Below, in pieces: positions 1 to 8,985 of a stretch of 43,161 nucleotides of DNA. Positions within the stretch are counted from its first letter, which is position 1; each line of letters begins with the position of its first letter. This DNA comes from a virus: UHGV virus genome UHGV-0191544; one strand, written 5' to 3'. The notes beneath the pieces were generated by a model that did no database searches, was not told where the DNA came from, and was given only the letters and a program-made list of their open reading frames with translations. The position numbers and the translations under genes were made by a program.

Positions 1-352
1 GCGTATCCTTTCCTGCGCGCTGTTCGTTAACCCCTGGATTATTTCATTAGTGAAGTTGTTACATGCCATTGAGGTTCCACTTTGTGTCATATCCGTCTTC
101 AAATACAGCGTGGCAAACTTTGATAAGCGCCTGTCGTCGACGATCTTTCTGATTGGTTTTCAAATTGCCAGTTCGCTTGGGATTGTGCTGCTTTCAACGC
201 CGACTGGGATACTCTTTGACCACGCAGGCTACCAAACAGTTTTCTTCGCAATTTCGGGTATTGTCTGCCTGATGTTGCTATTTGGCATTTTCTTCTTGAG
301 TAAAAAACGCGAGCAAATAGTTATGGAAACGCCTGTACCTTCAGCAATATAG
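1..352 (+). CDS. C-terminal fragment of a host polytopic membrane (transporter-like) protein; reading frame is open to the window edge
   Basis: Frame of ORF 50..352 has no stop back to position 2; hydrophobic helices; lies outside the att repeat. Confidence 0.45.
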   Translation, partial: RILSCALFVNPWIISLVKLLHAIEVPLCVISVFKYSVANFDKRLSSTIFLIGFQIASSLGIVLLSTPTGILFDHAGYQTVFFAISGIVCLMLLFGIFFLSKKREQIVMETPVPSAI

Positions 353-793
353 ACGTAAACTTTTTCCGGTTGTTGTCGATAGCTCTATATCCCTCAACCG
401 GAAAATAATAATAGTAAAATGCTTAGCCCTGCTAATAATCGCCTAATCCAAACGCCTCATTCATGTTCTGGTACAGTCGCTCAAATGTACTTCAGATGCG
501 CGGTTCGCTGATTTCCAGGACATTGTCGTCATTCAGTGACCTGTCCCGTGTATCACGGTCCTGCGAATTCATCAAGGAATGCATTGCGGAGTGAAGTATC
601 GAGTCACGCCATATTTCGCTATCAGGATTCTGTGTGATGGTTACATCGCCCGGCTCAGGGCTGTTTAGTCATCAGCGCTTTCTGACAGTGCTGAGATTTC
701 AACCTGTTGCAGTAAAAATGAGTAGATATAAGGCAAGTGTGCTGCCAAACCCATCTTTTACGGGGTGAAGGTAGATTTCGTTTGAAGGGTATC

Positions 794-808
794 TGGTGTC
801 CCCTGCAG
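794..808. repeat. att core, left copy (TGGTGTCCCCTGCAG), identical to the tRNA 3' end
   Basis: Exact 15-bp match to 41025..41039; flanks diverge immediately. Confidence 0.65.
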
Positions 809-867
809 ACATCTACTTGACGCGGCAGGGGATTGATTAGAATGGTGTTTTTTAGATGTGAGAAATA

Positions 868-887
868 TTTTACCCGCTATTTTACCC
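868..887. promoter_or_regulatory. Two TTTTACCC motifs beside the att core; candidate recombinase/RDF arm sites
   Basis: Same 8-mer (as GGGTAAAA) recurs at the integrase start 40865..40909; approx coordinates. Confidence 0.35.
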
Positions 888-1082
888 ATTGGCGCGGCTT
901 AAGAGCTTATTTTTGAATTCACAATGATCACGATATAACCATCTTGCTCGCCCGTGGATAACTTTGGCTTTTGGCAGGTCGCCGGACTTAATCCGGTCAT
1001 AGATGAAGGTTTTACCGAAGCCAGTATCGGCCATGATGAATTTCAAATCAACCAGGGAATCAGGTTGTAGTTCGTGTTGCAT
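882..1082 (-). CDS. torI: Excisionase / recombination directionality factor, TorI (KplE1) type, 66 aa
   Basis: 66-aa translation matches TorI as recalled (MQHELQPDSLVDLKF...); AlpA-like small HTH protein at prophage end. Confidence 0.8.
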   Translation of the reverse strand: MQHELQPDSLVDLKFIMADTGFGKTFIYDRIKSGDLPKAKVIHGRARWLYRDHCEFKNKLLSRANG

Positions 1083-1101
1083 GAGTGCTATCTCCGAATA
1101 G

Positions 1102-1117
1102 GGAATCGAACCTGCAA
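1102..1117. repeat. 16-bp fragment identical to the T-arm segment of the tRNA (GGAATCGAACCTGCAA), displaced about 290 bp inside the prophage
   Basis: Exact match to 41039..41054; surrounding sequence cannot fold as a tRNA. Confidence 0.5.
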
Positions 1118-1318
1118 ATCAGGTAATAAAAAACCGCCATCAGGTGGCTTGGTGTTCTTTCAGTTCTTCAATTCGAATATTGGTTACGTCTGCATGCGCT
1201 ATCTGCGCCCATATCATCCAGTGGTCGTAGCAGTCGTTGATGTTCTCCGCTTCGATAACTCTGTTGAATGGTTCTCCATTCCATTCACCTGTTACTCGGA
1301 AGTGCATTTATCATCTCC

Positions 1319-1345
1319 ATAAAACAAAACTCGCCGTAGCGAGTT
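1319..1345 (-). terminator. Intrinsic terminator candidate downstream of the last early-left gene
   Basis: 7-bp stem AACTCGC/GCGAGTT with 4-nt loop, followed by T-rich tract on minus strand; approx coordinates. Confidence 0.45.
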
Positions 1346-1364
1346 CAGATAAAAGAAATCCGCA

Positions 1365-2165
1365 TTAAGCGGCGTCGGTGAATTCAAATAAAAAACCGGC
1401 TTGCGCCGGCTCTCTCATCTTTCTGTCTACCCATGCTGATATCGATGGCGGGTGCACCTTTTCAATAGCAGCGCGAAGTACAGCTGTACGTGCCAGTTTG
1501 TCAGTAATCTCAGGAAATCGCTTCTCTGTCTTCGGTACGTTAACAGCAACATTAGTAGAATCCGCACTGGCGAACGGATACATACCAAGAACTCTCACGT
1601 CGAGCATTCGAAGACCATGAATTTTCACTTTCAAATTACGATTGATATAAAGCTCAGTGAAAACTTCATCCATTCTCTGTTCCCACCATTTAGAGCGTAT
1701 GTGCCTGTGTGGGCCGCAGCATCCAATCGCCACCCATTCAAATTTGCCAGAAAGGCGTAAAAGACGTTCAATTGATTCGTCGGTATGCCAGACCGGAACC
1801 GCTTTTGATTTTAGCCAATCAGGAACCAACTCAATCTGCTCGTCGTTTTCTGCCTCTGTCCCTTCGATAACGTCAGGTATAAGAAACCATTCAATTCTGC
1901 TGAACCACTTCCCAACAAAGTCGTAGAATTTTGCTCGCCTCTTACTCCAGTCTACCGGAGTGCCTTTCTTTAATGCTTTCATCCAGTCGCTAAAAGCACC
2001 GTTATCAAGGCGTATATCACAAGGGAACATGGCAATCTTTTTCATCTGCTCTGGTCTGGCAAATGAAACAAAAGCCCCACCATCACGGTAAAGGGCTTTA
2101 ATCAGCATATCTGTAGGGGCATGCTCATCACCCCATATTGGGCTGCCGTGAAAGTGGATGGTCAT
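1365..2165 (-). CDS. Hypothetical 266-aa protein, last gene of early-left operon; possible TGT/DpdA-like transglycosylase fold (speculative)
   Basis: Long ORF; motifs in TGT-like order (RLDNGAF, IPDVIEG, VAIGCCG, IHGLRMLD); no zinc CxCxxC..H motif seen. Confidence 0.3.
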   Translation of the reverse strand: MTIHFHGSPIWGDEHAPTDMLIKALYRDGGAFVSFARPEQMKKIAMFPCDIRLDNGAFSDWMKALKKGTPVDWSKRRAKFYDFVGKWFSRIEWFLIPDVIEGTEAENDEQIELVPDWLKSKAVPVWHTDESIERLLRLSGKFEWVAIGCCGPHRHIRSKWWEQRMDEVFTELYINRNLKVKIHGLRMLDVRVLGMYPFASADSTNVAVNVPKTEKRFPEITDKLARTAVLRAAIEKVHPPSISAWVDRKMREPAQAGFLFEFTDAA

Positions 2166-2484
2166 ATTATCCCCATATAAAAGAAATCCCCGCGAGTGCG
2201 AGGATTGTTATTCATTGCCGATATTCACCTTTATCGCGAACACCTTTACCGGTTTATCACCGAAGTGCGGATGTGTGATTGTCTTGATTTCATATCCGTC
2301 ATACGGAACATCAATTCTGCGGCTGGAATCGTCGCGCTTCGGATATCCCTTTGTGATAATCAGTCGGTCATACTACCGGAACATAATTCGCTTATTCCAG
2401 TAGTCATTACACAGGCGATACTCTTCCGTTTTATCTCCGCGAATCATGGCATCGAAGTATTCACCTTTGACGGCAAGTTGCAGG

Positions 2485-2772
2485 TTAGCCACGACCTTCC
2501 TCCTTGGGCTTGTGAATTTGTATCGTCATGCCGCTTTGAGTGGTGACTACAATGACAGAACCAGGCTGAAGGCTGTTAAGATTGAATGCTTCGTAAAACG
2601 AATCCAATGCCAGTGCTTTTTTATTCTTTCGGTTCCACCAACGCCATCCATTGCTACAGGCTACACTGACAATCCACTGTCCACTCCTGTAAGCCATATA
2701 AAACCAGATGAGCAAAACCTGAATGAATGCTATCCAGTCAATAATCGTATATTTCGCGAAGGAGTCCATCAC
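2485..2772 (-). CDS. Hypothetical protein, 95 aa, hydrophobic N-terminus
   Basis: ORF in operon orientation, stop overlaps next gene. Confidence 0.4.
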   Translation of the reverse strand: MMDSFAKYTIIDWIAFIQVLLIWFYMAYRSGQWIVSVACSNGWRWWNRKNKKALALDSFYEAFNLNSLQPGSVIVVTTQSGMTIQIHKPKEEGRG

Positions 2773-3674
2773 TTCACCTCCTGCGGCGGTTCCGGTAGCG
2801 GCATCCAGTGGGTTACACCGTCAATTGGCTCATCGTCGTCGTACTCCAATGCGGCTATATAGAACCCGTCACGACGAGAATAAGAAATCCCTGACATTAC
2901 AATGCCATCCGAAACAACAATAATGTCACCCGTTTCTTCCGGCATTCGCTCACTACAGCTTATCCAACCATCCGGAGTTACCGGAACTTGCGGAATGGCT
3001 GTCTGCTCTCGAACGTCATTAGGCGCTATAGGTTCTGCTGCCAACTGACTGGCATATTTGTTAATGGTAACGAAAAGCTCTTGCTCAGCCTCATCCAGAC
3101 AATCACCGATACCTCGCCTGTCACCGTCAAAATCATCGAAATCGGCACGAATCTTGGCAACCTTCAAGATTGCGGACAACACCTCACTAGGAATTACCGG
3201 ATAGTTGGTTGACGTTTCCGCGATTTCCCGAAAATTATTGGTTGACGAATTCTTGCTTTCCCGAAAGTTTCCGGACTGAAGCATGGCGGTGCGGCAGGCG
3301 TTCCATATTTCGGCAGCAATATCGCGCTCGCTATCGGTTAATTTGTACGTGGAAACATAGCCAGAGAGCATTTCTACGTTTTCCGGAGTTGCTTCTTCCG
3401 GCACTACCGGCGCTGGCGGGGAGATGCGTCCAAGCAACTTATTTACCTCTTTCGCCATCGCGTCATATTTATCTAAATGGCGATTAGCTTCTAAGCAGAC
3501 TCGGCGCATCTGATCTGAGTTAACTCGTTTAACTGGATCTGCTTCCAGCGATGCCAGCGCAATTCGTGCCAGTTCTTCCGCTTCTTCTGCTGGCAGTACA
3601 ACGTTGCTACCAGGTCCGTATGTTTCGCGCCACTGCTTGATTGTCAGCAGTTGCTCTTTGGTTATAGTGGTCAT
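2769..3674 (-). CDS. DUF551-type prophage protein, 301 aa
   Basis: C-terminal region shares motif (THWMPLP) with ORF 21679..21897; typical ea-region protein. Confidence 0.55.
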   Translation of the reverse strand: MTTITKEQLLTIKQWRETYGPGSNVVLPAEEAEELARIALASLEADPVKRVNSDQMRRVCLEANRHLDKYDAMAKEVNKLLGRISPPAPVVPEEATPENVEMLSGYVSTYKLTDSERDIAAEIWNACRTAMLQSGNFRESKNSSTNNFREIAETSTNYPVIPSEVLSAILKVAKIRADFDDFDGDRRGIGDCLDEAEQELFVTINKYASQLAAEPIAPNDVREQTAIPQVPVTPDGWISCSERMPEETGDIIVVSDGIVMSGISYSRRDGFYIAALEYDDDEPIDGVTHWMPLPEPPQEVK

Positions 3675-3675
3675 A

Positions 3676-4170
3676 TCACTCTCCTTTGATGCGAATGCCA
3701 GTGGTACTCATTCTCCTGATTTCCCAGAGCACACGAGGAATACCACCGTTTCCGACCGGATCGCGTTTACTCCGCAGGGCGACGCTTGATTCCGCCCAGC
3801 TTTTTCTTGGAGGAAGCTCTTTCACACGAACAAAACCAGCTGCGCGAAGAGATGCTCCTGATTCATCTGCCTGGGTGTACGTAATACAACGTTGATAACC
3901 CATAGCTTTTGCTGCCCGCCAGACAGCACCATAAAGCGCGCTGTTAGCGTTGCGTTCTCCTGTGGTACATGTGCGATTTACTTCAAGCGTTAATCCATCG
4001 TCCAAATGTCGTGCAACAGGTCGACCAGCTGTCGCCACACCTATCAATTCTCCGGCATTATTTCTCAGACCAATGCTGAATTTATGCCCCACTGGTGGTT
4101 TATTGTGTCGGTGGTGCTGTGCGATAAATTCCTGCGCCGCTTTCAGCGTTATAGGTGAAATGACCATCAC
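3676..4170 (-). CDS. Hypothetical protein, 164 aa
   Basis: ORF start overlaps upstream gene stop (ATGA); no family recognised. Confidence 0.55.
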   Translation of the reverse strand: MMVISPITLKAAQEFIAQHHRHNKPPVGHKFSIGLRNNAGELIGVATAGRPVARHLDDGLTLEVNRTCTTGERNANSALYGAVWRAAKAMGYQRCITYTQADESGASLRAAGFVRVKELPPRKSWAESSVALRSKRDPVGNGGIPRVLWEIRRMSTTGIRIKGE

Positions 4171-4706
4171 TCAGACTCCTCCTTGATGCCAGCGTCGCTT
4201 GCTGATTCTTCATATGCGCGTTTAGCAGCGTTAAGGATTGCTGCCAGTGGCGTATAGCCGCCATCCATTCGGATTGTGTTGTGGATGCCAGCCATTGTGT
4301 CGCGCAATTTGCTGTGGCTAGCAGACAGTTCTGCAATGCGCTTCTCTGCGGCTTCCAGCTCAACGCGCAGCCTCCCAACCGTAAGCGCAATATCCTCGCT
4401 CTCCTGGTCGCGGCGTTTTATGTATTGCTGGTTTCTTTCCCGTTCATCCAGCAGTGCAAGCACGGTAGCCGGATTGGCTGCAGCGATGAATTCAGCATTG
4501 GCCTGCTGTTCCATTTGGAAATCTTCATCGAAACCGCTTTCAGGATGTGCTCCTTCAATTCTGCAAATGGGAAGATATCCAGCAGCCTCGCGATGAATTA
4601 GTGCATCATCACCATCAAATCGTCCCTCTCCATATTCGAGCGACCACTCACCACACGTTGCTTTTTCTGCCTTGGCACGCAGTGCCTGATAGTCAATCTT
4701 GCTCAT
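4167..4706 (-). CDS. Ead/Ea22-like protein, 179 aa
   Basis: Conserved N-terminal block (CGEWSLEYGEGRFDGDD) plus coiled-coil tail, typical of Ea22-like proteins. Confidence 0.5.
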   Translation of the reverse strand: MSKIDYQALRAKAEKATCGEWSLEYGEGRFDGDDALIHREAAGYLPICRIEGAHPESGFDEDFQMEQQANAEFIAAANPATVLALLDERERNQQYIKRRDQESEDIALTVGRLRVELEAAEKRIAELSASHSKLRDTMAGIHNTIRMDGGYTPLAAILNAAKRAYEESASDAGIKEESE

Positions 4707-4826
4707 GTCACATCACCCTGAATCCGTTGCATTTACGTAAAAAATCGCAGATATAGCCCTTCATTTTTTCGTGCCAATCTCGATCATTCCCATTGCACCA
4801 ACCATCAGGTGGAGTCCAGTTTTCTA

Positions 4827-5006
4827 TCAAGCAGCCATTTTCTTTGCTTTCGCCGGAGTAGCTGTTGCGGTATCGCAGTAATGACGAGTGTCAACCAACG
4901 CATCCATACCATCGATATCAAGTACGCAAAACCATGTGTGATTCGGAATTCCTACAGGTGGTATTTGTTGCCCACGTCGACGTTTATCAATAAGATATAC
5001 ACTCAC
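4827..5006 (-). CDS. Small hypothetical protein, about 59 aa, GTG start after AGGAGG
   Basis: Strong SD AGGAGG 6 nt upstream of in-frame GTG inside track ORF 4827..5027. Confidence 0.3.
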   Translation of the reverse strand: MSVYLIDKRRRGQQIPPVGIPNHTWFCVLDIDGMDALVDTRHYCDTATATPAKAKKMAA

Positions 5007-5166
5007 TGCTTGCCTCCTTTGCGCCACATCGCATTCAGATATTTGTTTTGATTCACTGATGGAAAAGAATTTCTCTTAAGCAATTCCTCTCTCGATGGCA
5101 TTGGCTTTACGCGTTGGCGAATAATCATTTCTGCCGGAAGAATGCCGGGATTGTATGCAAGTCCTC

Positions 5167-5448
5167 TCATGATTTACTCTCCACGAACTGGTCAATAGCC
5201 ATGCTAAGTGACATACCTAAAGTTTCGATATGCTGCTGAATATCCTGTAGCGTCTGCGCCTGAGATAACAGGATTTCACGGTTACATAACTCTTTAACCA
5301 GATGCTCAAACTTGCTGTAATAACCGATACGGCTTAGTGTTTCTTTCCCTGCATTCTCACCTTCTTTGATAATTCCTCTTTCACTAAGAATCAGGTCGTG
5401 TTTGGTTCCTGTAATAACATATTTGCCTAGGTCTATGTTTAGCTTCAT
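5167..5448 (-). CDS. Hypothetical protein, 93 aa
   Basis: ORF in operon orientation. Confidence 0.45.
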   Translation of the reverse strand: MKLNIDLGKYVITGTKHDLILSERGIIKEGENAGKETLSRIGYYSKFEHLVKELCNREILLSQAQTLQDIQQHIETLGMSLSMAIDQFVESKS

Positions 5449-5464
5449 TGTTAATTACTCCATG

Positions 5465-5779
5465 TTAATTTATTCGTATGCCTGCTCTTTCTTCATCGAG
5501 TTTTTTTAGCTTGTATCTCATAGCTCTTACTGAATAAATTGAGCGGCAGGTTGCAATTGCTATTTCTTCTGCGGAGAACTTACCGAAAAGTGATACTTCG
5601 GCTCTTGTCCAGCGTCTTCCACGAAGTCGGCTAACAATGTCAGCTCCAATCCTTGTTGCTTTCGCCATTACTGCTTTTTCAGTCCTTTCCAGTTTTTCAG
5701 CGATAACTTCAACTGGCATTGTCGCCGCCACTTCGCGCAAGAAATCGACTTCCCATTTCTCCCATGGAGTCTTTTTCAT
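5465..5779 (-). CDS. Hypothetical protein, 104 aa, possible DNA-binding
   Basis: ORF in operon orientation; basic helical segments. Confidence 0.45.
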   Translation of the reverse strand: MKKTPWEKWEVDFLREVAATMPVEVIAEKLERTEKAVMAKATRIGADIVSRLRGRRWTRAEVSLFGKFSAEEIAIATCRSIYSVRAMRYKLKKLDEERAGIRIN

Positions 5780-5790
5780 AGGCGATACCG

Positions 5791-6279
5791 TTATTTGATA
5801 AGAAGTGAAGGTTTCCCAACTTTGAGTTGAGCGCCGGGGATATTTATTCCTGCTTTTAGTTGGTGTTTGATTGCCAGTTTGTCGGCTTTAATTGTCGTTT
5901 CAAATTCAACGTATTCAGGAGGAAGGGCGCTTGAGTCGATGATTTCTACAGTTTCTGACGGTTTGCGGATTGTTACCTGGTGAATACCTGCTCGAATCTT
6001 TTTCTTGCCAACCATTTCAAGCGATGACGCTATATACGCCATAATGCTGTCAATCTTATTTTGAATTACTGCGGCTCTCTCATTTAGTGACTTTGCCTCT
6101 TCCTTGAGGCGTTCAGCATAACCAGATTCATTTTTAATAATGGCGAGAAGTTGCTCTATTTTATCGGTAAATTCTCCTTCCATGCCTTCTATTGTGTCAG
6201 CAATCATCTCTGGCTCTAAATCTGAATCCATCAGCTTTGCGTATTCATTGGCTATTTCATACAGTTTGCTCACTGGCAA
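5791..6279 (-). CDS. Gp157-family protein, 162 aa, RecT-associated
   Basis: Size, coiled-coil character and position immediately downstream of recT. Confidence 0.45.
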   Translation of the reverse strand: MPVSKLYEIANEYAKLMDSDLEPEMIADTIEGMEGEFTDKIEQLLAIIKNESGYAERLKEEAKSLNERAAVIQNKIDSIMAYIASSLEMVGKKKIRAGIHQVTIRKPSETVEIIDSSALPPEYVEFETTIKADKLAIKHQLKAGINIPGAQLKVGKPSLLIK

Positions 6280-7159
6280 CCTCCAGTTTCGCTTTGCATT
6301 CTATGTAAATGGCTTGTACGTTCTGCTGCAATTTCATTCCAGATGTCAGGCGATATGCTTCTGCAAAATATCGCTTCAAATCATCCATGTTTTCTGCCTG
6401 AGCCATTTCATCGCAAAGAAGTTGTGCTTTATCCATTATTTCCTGCTGGCGTTTCCGTTCATCTTCGCGGATATCTTCCTCTGATTTGTGCGGCATAACT
6501 GGTTCCTGATGCACACCTTCATCTTCGTTAAGCAGGTGAATGGCATTATCCAGTCGCTGGGCTTTAGGCCAGTATTTGCTGGCGCGTTTAACTATTGTTT
6601 TACGCGCCATCTCTTCCCAGAATGTTTTCCACGGTCCATTCTTTGCCTTGCTCGTTGCTTCCACAGCTTTAATTTCTGCCAGACTCATTTCTTCAGTCAG
6701 GTAGTCACCATCTGCTGTTTTAACCGTGCAATAACCTCCAACAATAGAGCCTCGCTCACCAAATGCGTTGTATTTGTGGGTTGGTGCTGAATCAAGGCCA
6801 TTTGATTCATAGGTGTCGTTTGAGTACACCAGTTTGCATTGCCCCCACTTAATTGATCCTGTCGATTGCGCAAGATGAAGTAATCCCATGTAACTGATAT
6901 CAAGGCACACCATGCCGTCGCGAGGAACCAGATAAGCCAGTTTGCTGGCCGGGTTTAAGGTGATGCCGATCGCCGCAACATTGATGATGGCGTTCTGTGC
7001 GCTGGTTGGATTTGCCAGTGCTGTTTTAGCCAGGTAATCGTTTTTCTGGAAATACTGAATTGCAAACTGGCTTTCCTTAGCCCATGTCACCGTCTGTTCA
7101 GTCAATGCTCCGCAGAATAACTGCTCTTGCTGTTTAACGAATTCAACGATATTGCTCAT
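6257..7159 (-). CDS. recT: RecT-family single-strand annealing recombinase
   Basis: Motif GPWKTFWEEMARKT matches RecT signature GPWxTHWEEMAKKT; size about 300 aa. Confidence 0.8.
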   Translation of the reverse strand: MSNIVEFVKQQEQLFCGALTEQTVTWAKESQFAIQYFQKNDYLAKTALANPTSAQNAIINVAAIGITLNPASKLAYLVPRDGMVCLDISYMGLLHLAQSTGSIKWGQCKLVYSNDTYESNGLDSAPTHKYNAFGERGSIVGGYCTVKTADGDYLTEEMSLAEIKAVEATSKAKNGPWKTFWEEMARKTIVKRASKYWPKAQRLDNAIHLLNEDEGVHQEPVMPHKSEEDIREDERKRQQEIMDKAQLLCDEMAQAENMDDLKRYFAEAYRLTSGMKLQQNVQAIYIECKAKLEVASEQTV

Positions 7160-7467
7160 GCAGCTTCTCCATAAATATGTCTGCGTTTGAATATTGCGAA
7201 GGCATATTCAGCCTTAACTCTTTCGGTTATTGCATCCCAGAACCATTCAGCGGCTTTTTCCTGATAGTTACAGTCATCATCTTCCAGCCAGTCGATAGCG
7301 TCCTTAGTGTGTTCATCTGGTTTATATGATCGAAGCATTTCGCTTATTGGGTCGCAACGTTTGCAGAGGCGATCAACTTCACTGTTGATTCGTTCGTAAT
7401 CATCATCGGTAAAACTTGCGATGATTTGCGATATTTCACGCTTATCATTCAGAGTCAGAATCATCAT
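7156..7467 (-). CDS. Hypothetical acidic protein, 103 aa, immediately upstream of recT
   Basis: ORF overlaps recT start. Confidence 0.45.
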   Translation of the reverse strand: MMILTLNDKREISQIIASFTDDDYERINSEVDRLCKRCDPISEMLRSYKPDEHTKDAIDWLEDDDCNYQEKAAEWFWDAITERVKAEYAFAIFKRRHIYGEAA

Positions 7468-7548
7468 CTTTCTCCTGTTCTTTGTGCTGATTGAGCATTT
7501 CTTTCATCTGACGAATGAATTCTTCGTCTGACCAGTTATCTGTAAAAC

Positions 7549-7701
7549 TCATTTCCTGCGATACCACGGAAGGTTGATAGCTGATTTCATCGCTTTATTT
7601 GCTTCAAGCCACATTTTGGAATCACCAATAAATCTGGCTATTACTGCTTTGTTCTGTGCAGCACGAAGCATCTGGTGATTAATGGCTATTTCATTGCGCA
7701 T
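7549..7701 (-). CDS. kil: Kil-like host-killing protein, 50 aa
   Basis: Hand-translated MRNEIAINHQMLRAAQNKAVIARFIGDSKMW...; IATFIGDEKM-like motif recalled for lambda Kil; overlaps cIII stop. Confidence 0.45.
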   Translation of the reverse strand: MRNEIAINHQMLRAAQNKAVIARFIGDSKMWLEANKAMKSAINLPWYRRK

Positions 7702-7820
7702 AACGCCTCCAGTTGTTTCTTTGCTGCTCTGATTAATTGTTTAACTCGGCGCGATAATTCAGATTCGTGCGGGTAGAAAGCGGACATGACGCCGCTACCC
7801 GCGAGCTGAAAGTGCATCAT
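7686..7820 (-). CDS. cIII: CIII-like protein, 44 aa
   Basis: Hand-translated MMHFQLAGSGVMSAFYPHESELSRRVKQLIRAAKKQLEAL; resembles lambda CIII helix; GGAG SD. Confidence 0.55.
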   Translation of the reverse strand: MMHFQLAGSGVMSAFYPHESELSRRVKQLIRAAKKQLEALCAMK

Positions 7821-7903
7821 GGGTAACTCCTTATATTTGATTGCATAACGAAAACGCCTCAAGTGAAGCGTTATTGGTATGCGGTAAAGCCGCGCTCAGG
7901 CGG

Positions 7904-8152
7904 CTACTCTATTTCTTCTTCGAATGATTTTATTAGTCGGTCAATAACATCATCTGTTTCAATATCATTTCCGTCTGATTGCTTTAATACGTCTATTGAT
8001 TCTGCGGCGGTAAATTCCATCGCTGTGAGAAACTCGACAATTGCACACTCAACGACATATCGTTCTTCATCTGTACGGCATGATATAAAAGAGCATTTAA
8101 TTGCTGTTATTACTTTTTGTTTAAGTTCTGCAGGATAATCAGTTTTTATCAT
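7904..8152 (-). CDS. Small acidic protein, 82 aa
   Basis: ORF immediately downstream of intrinsic terminator; rich in Asp/Glu. Confidence 0.5.
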   Translation of the reverse strand: MIKTDYPAELKQKVITAIKCSFISCRTDEERYVVECAIVEFLTAMEFTAAESIDVLKQSDGNDIETDDVIDRLIKSFEEEIE

Positions 8153-8165
8153 CGTTCACTCTGTC

Positions 8166-8191
8166 AAAAAAACGCCCTCACATCGGAGGGC
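8166..8191 (-). terminator. Intrinsic terminator inside the early-left operon (tL1-like)
   Basis: Minus strand GCCCTC-CGATGT-GAGGGC followed by seven T; approx coordinates. Confidence 0.6.
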
Positions 8192-8325
8192 AAAGAAGAT
8201 TTCCAACAATCAGAACAAGTCGGCTCCTGTTTAGTTACGAGCGACATTGCTCCGTGTATTCACTCGTTGGAATGAATACACAGTGCAGTGTTTATTCTGT
8301 TGTTTATGCCAAAAATAAAGGCCGA

Positions 8326-8964
8326 CTATGCGGCCTCGGAAGGAAGTCCAATCATCTTATTCAAATCCTCTACCCGTAAAGCAGGAAGTGCTGTACTTGC
8401 TTTATCTGCTTCTTTTGGTAGCAATTCTTTGCTTTCAGGCCAAACTTCAATGAGTCGCTTAACTGTTGTGACTGAGTTTAAAGCAGCCCATACATTTGAT
8501 TCGATATCCTTTTTCTTGGCTTCAAGTTTTTGTTGTAATGCGCAGATTTCATCAAACCTTTTTGTTATTTCGTGCTCTGCGTCAAACATGCATTTATCTT
8601 TTATCGGAGTAGGGAGAAATATATCTTCGCCGTTGCCGTCTTTCCCATATGAATGCCATCCAACCCTTCTGCCAGATACAGTCAGATAAATTGAAGTAGA
8701 ACGAAAATCGTATGAGTAAAATGAACATCCCATCTTTCCAAGTTCTTCACTTATAGCTACCAACTTGGATGATAACTGTTCCACTTCCTCAGTTTTCTTT
8801 TTACCGCCAAACGCAATAACTCTGGCGTCAAGTGCAAGCTGGTTCTTTAACTTTGTTACTTCTTCAAGCTCAGTGAAAACCCCAGACTTAATTAAAGCGT
8901 TACGAGCGATTTCCTCTTTCATTCTCGTAGTTAAGCGGATTGATGACATATTAATTCCTCTCAA
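8326..8964 (-). CDS. Hypothetical protein, 212 aa (possibly starting at internal Met, about 207 aa)
   Basis: ORF between N and first terminator; no family recognised. Confidence 0.5.
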   Translation of the reverse strand: MRGINMSSIRLTTRMKEEIARNALIKSGVFTELEEVTKLKNQLALDARVIAFGGKKKTEEVEQLSSKLVAISEELGKMGCSFYSYDFRSTSIYLTVSGRRVGWHSYGKDGNGEDIFLPTPIKDKCMFDAEHEITKRFDEICALQQKLEAKKKDIESNVWAALNSVTTVKRLIEVWPESKELLPKEADKASTALPALRVEDLNKMIGLPSEAA

Positions 8965-8985
8965 ATAAGAAAATAAAGGCCACCA

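Noticed and set aside
1074-1322. 82-aa plus-strand ORF between torI and the 266-aa gene
   Set aside because: Runs against the direction of all neighbouring genes, has no ribosome-binding site, and overlaps the tRNA-like fragment and terminator hairpins; most likely non-coding.
2158-2546. Two plus-strand ORFs of 81 and 116 aa in the gap between the 266-aa and 95-aa genes
   Set aside because: Opposite to operon direction with no start signals; the 320-bp gap may hold small minus-strand ORFs under 60 aa that I could not resolve confidently.
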